13,992 bases of DNA from a bacterium (GTDB taxonomy: Bacteria > Cyanobacteriota > Vampirovibrionia > Gastranaerophilales > JBAXKC01): assembly GCA_037137535.1 (NCBI GenBank), contig JBAXKC010000052.1:1-13992 (forward strand), written 5' to 3'. The notes beneath the pieces are model-generated. The model did no database searches and was not told the DNA's origin. It saw only the letters and a program-made list of their open reading frames with translations. Shown here one piece after another: positions 1-7,179 of this stretch (the stretch's first letter is position 1; each line of letters opens with the position of its first letter). The position numbers and the translations under genes are program-made.

Positions 1-77
1 AAATTTCTCTAATCTCTCAAAATTAAGGTTTACACAAAAGTTGTTACGGAATCAATAATGACGGAACTATATTATTT

Positions 78-608
78 TTAGCCCTTAATTTGTAAATTTT
101 CACCAATAATTCTAGCATTATTAATATTTGTAGATTGTAAGTTAAAATCAGCTTTTTCTTCAATTTCAGCTTTTGTTCCTTCTCCAAGAATCATTTTTAC
201 ATTTTTACCTACGATTTCTCCTATTTCAGCCCAAGCTCCACTAAATTTATCTTTTCCACTTAAAGTCAATTCCGCATTATCTTTAAGAGTGCCAATAGAA
301 AATTGGTCATAAGCATTTATATTCAATCTGCTATTTCCATCGACTTTATCAATTGCAACATCTTCATAAACAGCCGAATTCTTCTGTTTAGGAGCATTAC
401 TTTTTACTCCTCCCTCATTAAGCCAAAGCCTTACTTGACCATTTTCAAGTTTACTATGTGAATTCCCGTTATCTATAAATAAAGAAGCATCGTCATTTGG
501 TAGATTTATTTTAAATGGTGTTCTAGTACCATCTTCATTAACTTTTTTCGCAGAACCATAAACACCTGCAAAACCTATTTTTGGACTTGACATAGCTGAC
601 ATATTCAT
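78..608 (-). CDS. Hypothetical protein (176 aa), possible beta-solenoid C-terminal half
   Basis: ATG preceded on the minus strand by AAGG-ctaataaa (SD-like, 8 nt spacing). The C-terminal half has loosely repeating strand-turn-strand units (IDKVDGNSRLNI / IGTLKDNAELTL / IGEIVGKNVKMIL). No family recognised. Confidence 0.75.
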   Translation of the reverse strand: MNMSAMSSPKIGFAGVYGSAKKVNEDGTRTPFKINLPNDDASLFIDNGNSHSKLENGQVRLWLNEGGVKSNAPKQKNSAVYEDVAIDKVDGNSRLNINAYDQFSIGTLKDNAELTLSGKDKFSGAWAEIGEIVGKNVKMILGEGTKAEIEEKADFNLQSTNINNARIIGENLQIKG

Positions 609-677
609 TTTATTAGCCTTTCTATAATGTATTTATGAAATAATAGCTCATTATTCCTATGTTTATTGTATTAAAAA

Positions 678-695
678 ATAAACATAATTGTTTAT
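678..695. promoter_or_regulatory. Candidate operator, inverted repeat ATAAACA-taat-TGTTTAT
   Basis: Perfect 7-4-7 inverted repeat in the divergent intergenic region 609-898, with an extra TGTTTAT half-site at 660-666. The AT-rich context lowers its significance. Confidence 0.25.
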
Positions 696-898
696 GTCTA
701 AATATGATTTATATCTTAACAATTTATTACATTTCAGCCAGAATTCGTGCAGAATTTTGGATAAATTTATTTTTAAATACATTCAAAAAAATTTTGCAAA
801 ATAATAATAACATTTCTTAAAATCGCATTATTTTCAGTTTGAGTTAGAAAATAAAAGGGCATAATGCAATTAGGTAATCAATCTTCGTAGGAGGTTGT

Positions 899-1075
899 GT
901 GAAAATTAGCTCGCTTGCTATTTTAATTTATTGCTTTTGTTTTCTTCTCATCTACAATGTAAAAGTTACAAAAAGCCTTGACGGAAAAATATTCACAATT
1001 AAAATTGATGATCAAATCGCAAAAACACATGGCGAGACTCAAAGTATTGCGATAATACAACTAAAATCAAAGTAA
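899..1075 (+). CDS. Small hypothetical protein (58 aa) with an N-terminal hydrophobic segment; absent from the ORF track
   Basis: AGGAGG at 889-894, GTG at 899, TAA at 1073-1075. Hand translation: MKISSLAILIYCFCFLLIYNVKVTKSLDGKIFTIKIDDQIAKTHGETQSIAIIQLKSK. It fills the gap and converges on the TauE gene. SD spacing is short (4 nt). Confidence 0.6.
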   Translation: MKISSLAILIYCFCFLLIYNVKVTKSLDGKIFTIKIDDQIAKTHGETQSIAIIQLKSK

Positions 1076-1119
1076 AGTTTTATTAAAAGCATATAGTTAT
1101 GTAAAAGAATAAAAATTAT

Positions 1120-1884
1120 TCACATAGCTTCAAACAAACTATATCCAACTCTAACAGCAGTTAACAATATGACAACAAATAATAATCTTTTTAGTAACAC
1201 GGAATCAGCTTTTTTCGCTAAATTAACACCGATTTTAGCTCCTGCAAAAGCACCTAAGAGAATATAGATTAAAAGTTCAAACGGCATCTGTCCGGAAATT
1301 GATTTACCTATAAAGGAGAAAAAAGCCCCGACTAAAACAAGAAAAGTTACGTTACCTATAGAATTAATCATAGGTAATGAGTAAAAATACTGTAAGGCAG
1401 GAATAAAGAATATAGCGCCACCAAGACCTAATGCACCTGTAAAAAAGGAACAGCCGAAAAAAACTAAGAATGAATATTGTGTTGCATGCTTTGGTAAATC
1501 TGTTGTTTCTCTCTTTTTAAAATATGAAAATATTAAAATAGTTAAAATACAAAGATACATAATCATCAAGATTTGTTCAGGGACAATTTTTGAAAGAAAA
1601 CTACCCGAAAATGTTCCCATTACAACGGGCAAAGTAGTTTTTATCAATATATCTTTATCAATAAATCCATTTTTTTTATGTGATAGAAATGCGAGAAAAC
1701 TGCTAAAAAGTGCCTGCGCTGAAGAAATTCCTGTCAAATGAGCCATATCAAATTTTCTTGTAGTAAATAACGGTACTATAAAAAGAAATGCGGGAATTAT
1801 TATTATTCCGCCGCCAATTCCTAAAAGTCCTGCCCCTATTCCTGCGATAAAACTAAATATAAAAACAATAAATTCGTAATTCAT
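1120..1884 (-). CDS. Sulfite exporter TauE/SafE family (TSUP) membrane protein
   Basis: 254 aa, highly hydrophobic, with the duplicated family signature GLLGIGGGIIIIP and GALGLGGAIFFIP plus a C-terminal GAFAGAKIG. Confidence 0.92.
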   Translation of the reverse strand: MNYEFIVFIFSFIAGIGAGLLGIGGGIIIIPAFLFIVPLFTTRKFDMAHLTGISSAQALFSSFLAFLSHKKNGFIDKDILIKTTLPVVMGTFSGSFLSKIVPEQILMIMYLCILTILIFSYFKKRETTDLPKHATQYSFLVFFGCSFFTGALGLGGAIFFIPALQYFYSLPMINSIGNVTFLVLVGAFFSFIGKSISGQMPFELLIYILLGAFAGAKIGVNLAKKADSVLLKRLLFVVILLTAVRVGYSLFEAM

Positions 1885-1890
1885 TATCTA

Positions 1891-2904
1891 TTAACATTCC
1901 AATGCAAAGTCTATTTTTTCTTTTTGAAATTCAACTATTTCAATTAAAGCATGCATAAACATTGCTGCAACCATAACTTCATCCTTCCATTCTCTGTACC
2001 CACAGGAAAGAGGAAGAATACTTAACGGGTTATTAGGGAAATCCCTACAAATCTGAGGTCTTTCTTCATACCTTGAACATAAATTATCGTCTGTAACATG
2101 CGGACAATGATAAAAATGAACCTGTTCATCACTATCAAGATGTTCATTAACAAAATCAATATATTCAGGAAATAAAGTTCTAACTTCTTCTATATTTTTA
2201 TATGGAATGAAAACACTTGTAAACTGTATGGCAAATTTATCGCCTTTTTTAGCTTTTTCTTTTAATTCTTCGTAAGAAAACTCTGAACTAGCCAATTTAC
2301 AGCAACAGCCTGTCCTTTTACACGTAAAAGTCTGGCGATATTTTTCAATATCTTGTAATTTCTGATAAATATCTTTTGAAACATCACTTTTTATTTTATC
2401 TAATGCTAGTTTTTGCCAATTTCTGTAGGAACAATCTTTAGGTAAAATTGTCTGAATTGAAGAAGGAAAGTCACATAATATACTTTTTTGACAATTTTCA
2501 CTATTTTTTGTATATCTACATCCGTAAAAATAAACTGCTTCTTGATGTTTTTCAATTAATAATTCAGTATATTCTTTATTTTTTTCTTTTGCTGCAAGAT
2601 TATTGATGTTTATATCAACTTTTACCTCTTTTGAATATTGAAAATCCGCTTTTACTCCTAAAGGTAAAAACAATTTAATATATTCTAAAGAAACTTCATC
2701 TCCTTGTGATGCCAGATCATAAATATCAGCGGGAGAAAGAGTAGAATATCTTATTTCGCAGCATTGATGACATTTTGCGCAGATTACATTGTCTTTTAGA
2801 GGATAAATTTGTTCTTTTAGTCCATCATTAGCCTTAAAAAATAATTCTCTATATAATAATCTGTTCTGCTTATGTTCATTACCAAATGTGTTTGAATTTG
2901 CCAT
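1891..2904 (-). CDS. YkgJ-like (CxxCxxCC) zinc/iron-chelating cysteine-cluster protein with two tandem domains
   Basis: C-terminal domain CKRTGCCC...CPHVTDDNLCSRYEERPQICRDFP matches the YkgJ pattern (C-x-L/V...C-x-x-Y-x-x-RP-x-x-CR-x-F/YP). The N-terminal copy reads CAKCHQCC...FYGCRY...C...LCDFP. Confidence 0.85.
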   Translation of the reverse strand: MANSNTFGNEHKQNRLLYRELFFKANDGLKEQIYPLKDNVICAKCHQCCEIRYSTLSPADIYDLASQGDEVSLEYIKLFLPLGVKADFQYSKEVKVDININNLAAKEKNKEYTELLIEKHQEAVYFYGCRYTKNSENCQKSILCDFPSSIQTILPKDCSYRNWQKLALDKIKSDVSKDIYQKLQDIEKYRQTFTCKRTGCCCKLASSEFSYEELKEKAKKGDKFAIQFTSVFIPYKNIEEVRTLFPEYIDFVNEHLDSDEQVHFYHCPHVTDDNLCSRYEERPQICRDFPNNPLSILPLSCGYREWKDEVMVAAMFMHALIEIVEFQKEKIDFALEC

Positions 2905-2927
2905 TAGTGCTACTTACCTTTACAAAG

Positions 2928-3797
2928 TTATTCTAAATCGGATAAAAATTGTTCTACTTCATTAAAAACCCATTCACTTTCTTCATGAATACCTTCTTTT
3001 GAAATAAAAAGTTTTGAATTTTTACAATGTTGATGTAATTTTTCAGCCATTGAAACAGGTACTGTGTCATCTAGTCTACTATGAGCAATTAAAACAGGAC
3101 AGGATATATTTTCAACAATACTTAAGGTATTAAACTTTTGGGTTAAGGTGAAGATATTGACGAGTTTTGAAAGTACAGAAAAAGAACTTTTTTTGGAAAG
3201 ATAAAGAGCTAAGTCAGGCAAACTTGTAAAGGTACTTTCTAATATAAGAGCTTTAACCTTTATTTTAGAGGCTATAACAGCTGCAATTGCACCGCCTAAA
3301 GATTGCCCCCAAAGAATAATATTTTCAGATAAAACATTTAAATCTTCTTCTAAAAAATCAACCGCATTAAAAATATCACCATATAAAGCAAGCTCATCGG
3401 CAAGAAGTTCACATTGACCATGCCCTCTGTATTGAGGAATAAAAACACCATAGCCTTTAGATATTAAAAATTTAATTATATTTTGACAACTTGTTATATT
3501 TTCGCCCTGCCCATGACAATATAATATCGTAGGCATGCCTTCTCTCGCTTTAACATACCAGCTTATAATAGTTGCATCATCACTTTGAAAATTTAAAAAC
3601 TCAATATTCTCTTTAAGATGTTCTTCTATTTCCTGCTCTTCTTTTATTACAGGTAAATAAATCAAATGTTTCTCTATATGGTTGATATTTAATTGTTCTG
3701 TAAGGTCAATATTAAATATAAGTTTAAAAGCTACATAAGTTGCACATTTTAGCTTCTGAGTGAATTTTAATCGTTTAAATCTTGAACCAATATCCAT
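2928..3797 (-). CDS. Alpha/beta hydrolase (ABHD17/Bem46-like serine hydrolase)
   Basis: ILYCHGQG oxyanion region, YRGHG, nucleophile elbow GQSLGG, LILESTFTS, acid residue in HSRLDDTVP, candidate catalytic His in GIHEE. Confidence 0.9.
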   Translation of the reverse strand: MDIGSRFKRLKFTQKLKCATYVAFKLIFNIDLTEQLNINHIEKHLIYLPVIKEEQEIEEHLKENIEFLNFQSDDATIISWYVKAREGMPTILYCHGQGENITSCQNIIKFLISKGYGVFIPQYRGHGQCELLADELALYGDIFNAVDFLEEDLNVLSENIILWGQSLGGAIAAVIASKIKVKALILESTFTSLPDLALYLSKKSSFSVLSKLVNIFTLTQKFNTLSIVENISCPVLIAHSRLDDTVPVSMAEKLHQHCKNSKLFISKEGIHEESEWVFNEVEQFLSDLE

Positions 3798-3887
3798 TAT
3801 TAAATCTTCAAATCTAATTACATTAATATTTTACACGACATATTAACTATGTGGCGGTAATATCATTTATTCAAAGGAGAATTTTAA

Positions 3888-4895
3888 TTAAATTTTAAGA
3901 AAACAACGTCTTGGATTATTTTTTTTGCAACAGATTAAATTTTCAAGATAATCAACAATTCTTTGCTCTATCTTAGAATTATACATTTCATTCATTTCTT
4001 TTATAAAGAAACATGGGCTTGTAACATTTATTTCAATCATTTTACCGTCAATAACATCTAAGCCTGCTATAAATAAGCCATCTTCAAGTAATTTAGAGGA
4101 TATGACATCACAAATCTCTCTATCTTCATCGGTTAATTCAGATTTTCTAAAAAACTCATCTTTATGAGTATTAAATTTAAAATCATCATTTCCTGAAATT
4201 TTTACTATAGTTTCTTCATAGACTTTTCCGCCTATTACAATGATTCGTTTGTCACCATCTTTAATTTTTTCAAGGTATTCCTGAACCATAACAAGAGTTG
4301 TTCCACTATTTGTGGCTGTATCAATTATTGTATTTACATTTTTATCGCCTTTACAAAGGTAAAATATTCCTTTGCTAAAACATCTATTTAACGGTTTTAT
4401 AATTATTTCGCCGTATTCATTTAAAAATTCTTTTATTAAAGTAGCATTATTAGTTGTAATATTTTTTGGTATAACACTACTAAAATTATTTATATAAAGC
4501 TTTTCGTTAGCATTTCTTATACCTGTTGGATTATTGATTACAAGAGTTTTAGAGGTATCAACTAAATCAAGAACATAGGTTGAATTAATATAATTCAAGT
4601 CAACAGGCGGGTCAGGTCTGAATAAAATCATATCGAATTCTTCAAGTTTAGAACGGAATGAATCTTTTTCTTTAATAATATCAACACCATCAACTGTATT
4701 GATTAATTTAGTTTCAAAAATAAAAGCCTCAGGTTCGCTATTATTTAAAAATAATCGATCTTGAGTGGTTATACAAACGTCCCATCCTCTGCGATTACAT
4801 TCCATAATTAACCAGAAAGAAGTTACCAATTGATTAAATTCAAAATATTGAAACTCAATTTTATCTATAACGAAAAGTACTTTATAAGAATTCAT
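3888..4895 (-). CDS. gshB: Glutathione synthetase-like ATP-grasp ligase (divergent GshB)
   Basis: RPDPPVDLNY, NNPTGIRNANEKLY, IIKPL, VQEYL...GDKR, GLDVI, EINVTSP are all prokaryotic GshB motifs. Several substrate loops are altered (see findings), so the fold is secure but the exact activity is not. Confidence 0.75.
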   Translation of the reverse strand: MNSYKVLFVIDKIEFQYFEFNQLVTSFWLIMECNRRGWDVCITTQDRLFLNNSEPEAFIFETKLINTVDGVDIIKEKDSFRSKLEEFDMILFRPDPPVDLNYINSTYVLDLVDTSKTLVINNPTGIRNANEKLYINNFSSVIPKNITTNNATLIKEFLNEYGEIIIKPLNRCFSKGIFYLCKGDKNVNTIIDTATNSGTTLVMVQEYLEKIKDGDKRIIVIGGKVYEETIVKISGNDDFKFNTHKDEFFRKSELTDEDREICDVISSKLLEDGLFIAGLDVIDGKMIEINVTSPCFFIKEMNEMYNSKIEQRIVDYLENLICCKKNNPRRCFLKI

Positions 4896-4930
4896 TCTAT
4901 CATTTTCCCGATGCTCTACTTGATATGTTT

Positions 4931-4936
4931 ATTATA
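4931..4936 (-). promoter_or_regulatory. Candidate sigma70 -10 box (TATAAT) upstream of the gshB-like gene
   Basis: Perfect TATAAT on the minus strand 35 nt upstream of the ATG, within the 87-nt uvrC-gshB gap. No convincing -35. Confidence 0.25.
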
Positions 4937-4982
4937 ACTCTAAATAAATTTGTAGCATTAACTAATTTATAATTATACTAAA

Positions 4983-6818
4983 TTACTTTTGGGATAATTT
5001 ATTATCTTTAATATATTTACATACTTTCTTAGCTGTAGCTTTACCGATAACTCTAGCCATTTCACTTTCTGTCGCTGATAATACATTTTTTGTATCACCA
5101 AAATGAGCCAATAACTGTTTTTTTCTTTCATGTCCAAGGCTATCTATATCATCTAATATTGATTTTATTGCCTGATTTTCCCTTAATCGTCTGTGATAAC
5201 TGACCGCAAACCTGTGAGCCTCATCTCTTATTCTTTGAAATAAAAATAACGCAGGAGAATTAAGCGGAATAATTACTGATTCCGAGCGATCAGGCAAAAA
5301 TATTTCTTCAAACCTTTTAGCAATAGAAATTAAAGGTTGATCAACAAGCCCAAGCTCATCTAAAACTTCTTTTGCATATGATAATTGCCCTTTTCCCCCG
5401 TCAATTATTATTAAATCAGGTAAAGATTCATCATTTTTTAATAATTTTGTATATCGTCTTGAAACAACTTCTCGCATAGAAGCAAAATCATCAGGCTTAC
5501 CTTCTTCAAGTGAGCGAATTTTAAATCTTCGATATTCAGAACGAACACTTTTACCATTAATAAATACAACCATACTTGCAACAGTATTTGTCCCTTGAAT
5601 ATGTGATATATCAAAACACTCTATACGGTGCGGAAACTTTGTGAGCATAAGTTTTTCTTGAATATAAGAACCGACTTCGTTCCAGTCATTTTGAAGTTGC
5701 ACTGCACTTTTTAACTTCAGCGACTCTAAAGAAGAACAGGCATTTTTTAGAGCCATTTCAATCAGTTCAAGTTTTTTATCAGCTTTAGGAACGGTAATTG
5801 TAACTTTAGAGGATTTTTTTAAGCTAAGCCACTCTGCGAGCAGATCTTTTTCTTCTAATTCTTCCTGAATAAGAATTTCTTTAGGAATATCATATAATTC
5901 AACCATTTGATAATATTGCTGAATAAATGAAACTAATCCCTCTTTTGGTGAATGTATTTCCTCAAGAGGTATCTCAAAATCTTCTTTTGCAATTAATCTG
6001 CCATCCCTGACTTTAAGCAAAACAGTACTCATTCGCAGCTCATCATGTTCATAAGCAATAATATCCTGTGAAAGTGATGTATTCTCAGAAACAACTTTTT
6101 GTCTTTCGACAACTTTCAGAACATCTAAATAACTATCTCTATATTTAGCTGCTTTTTCATATTCCTGACGTTCAGCTGCAAGATTCATGTGGTTTTGAAG
6201 CTGTTCAACAAGCTCTGATTGTTTCCCCGAAAGGAATAACTCAACATTTCGAGCAACTTGCTTATATTCTTCAGAAGTCACAAGTTTTTGACAAACACCC
6301 AAGCATTTACCCATTTGATAATAAATACATGGTCTATCTTTAAATCTTGGAGTTTTACATTGTTTTAAAGGGAAAAGTTTTTTAATAAGTTCTAAAGTTG
6401 AATACATTGCTCGTGAATTTGTATAAGGTCCAAAATATTTGCCCTTTATAAGTTTTTTCTCAACTTTTCTGACAATTAAAATTCTCGGATAATCTTCATC
6501 AGTAACAACAAACCACGGAAACCTTTTATCATCTTTAAGAAGCACGTTATACTTAGGCTTATGTTTTTTTATCATGTGTGATTCAAGAATTAATGCTTCA
6601 ATTTCTGTATCTGTAATAATAAATTCAAAATTAATAATTTGAGGAACCATAATACGCAATTTTGCGCTGTCAAGATTTTTTTGAAAATAGCTTTTAACCC
6701 TTTTTTTAAGATTTTTAGCTTTTCCAATATAAATAATCTCACCGTCTTTATCTTTCATCAAGTAAACACCGGGCAGATCTGGCAGTAATGTCAATTTTTC
6801 TTTTACAATCGTACTCAT
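4983..6818 (-). CDS. uvrC: Excinuclease ABC subunit C
   Basis: GIY-YIG domain (LPDLPGVYLM...IIYIGKAKNLKKRVKSYF, EALILE, PKYNVLLKDDK), four-Cys segment (C...RPCIYYQMGKCLGVC), UVR motif (EYEKAAKYRD), RNase H-like domain (IECFDISH, DDFASM, IIDGGKGQL, RDEAHRFA) and C-terminal HhH. Confidence 0.98.
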   Translation of the reverse strand: MSTIVKEKLTLLPDLPGVYLMKDKDGEIIYIGKAKNLKKRVKSYFQKNLDSAKLRIMVPQIINFEFIITDTEIEALILESHMIKKHKPKYNVLLKDDKRFPWFVVTDEDYPRILIVRKVEKKLIKGKYFGPYTNSRAMYSTLELIKKLFPLKQCKTPRFKDRPCIYYQMGKCLGVCQKLVTSEEYKQVARNVELFLSGKQSELVEQLQNHMNLAAERQEYEKAAKYRDSYLDVLKVVERQKVVSENTSLSQDIIAYEHDELRMSTVLLKVRDGRLIAKEDFEIPLEEIHSPKEGLVSFIQQYYQMVELYDIPKEILIQEELEEKDLLAEWLSLKKSSKVTITVPKADKKLELIEMALKNACSSLESLKLKSAVQLQNDWNEVGSYIQEKLMLTKFPHRIECFDISHIQGTNTVASMVVFINGKSVRSEYRRFKIRSLEEGKPDDFASMREVVSRRYTKLLKNDESLPDLIIIDGGKGQLSYAKEVLDELGLVDQPLISIAKRFEEIFLPDRSESVIIPLNSPALFLFQRIRDEAHRFAVSYHRRLRENQAIKSILDDIDSLGHERKKQLLAHFGDTKNVLSATESEMARVIGKATAKKVCKYIKDNKLSQK

Positions 6819-6833
6819 CTTTTATAACGCTGA

Positions 6834-7178
6834 TTAATCTTTAAATTCAATAATATCATCTACTTTTATACTAAATTTTTCAATAGTTCCCTCTGGAAGT
6901 TCGAGAACTTTTATCGCTTTGAAAATAATGGGAGAAACTTTAAAAGGTTTCATTTTTTCAATAAGATAAACAACTTTTTGATTTTTACAGATAAAAACAG
7001 CATCAAAATCAAACTGCATTCCAATTGAATGAATACTGTTACAAGGAACAATTAAAAGTCCTTTACTGTTTTCTAATGTTTTTTTCCCAAGTAAACCAAG
7101 GGTTCTTTTAATTATGTTATCAGCTTTATAAACATCAGATGCAATTATAGTTTCATTTTTACTTAAAACAGCTTTCAT
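6834..7178 (-). CDS. DUF192 family protein
   Basis: 114 aa with AD...R.LGLLG, GLLI.PCNSIH..GM.F..D.VF, VLELP.G and final VDD.I, typical of DUF192. It starts 1 nt after the stop of the upstream gene. Confidence 0.88.
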   Translation of the reverse strand: MKAVLSKNETIIASDVYKADNIIKRTLGLLGKKTLENSKGLLIVPCNSIHSIGMQFDFDAVFICKNQKVVYLIEKMKPFKVSPIIFKAIKVLELPEGTIEKFSIKVDDIIEFKD

Positions 7179-7179
7179 T

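Noticed and set aside
791..802. Perfect palindrome ATTTTGCAAAAT
   Set aside because: Low-complexity A/T runs in a very AT-rich spacer; expected by chance.
3873..3880. SD-like AAAGGAGA on the plus strand
   Set aside because: No start codon follows at a suitable distance, and the downstream sequence is antisense to the gshB-like gene.
6293..6362. Four-cysteine segment in UvrC as a novelty
   Set aside because: This Cys-rich, Fe-S-binding region is a known feature of many UvrC proteins.
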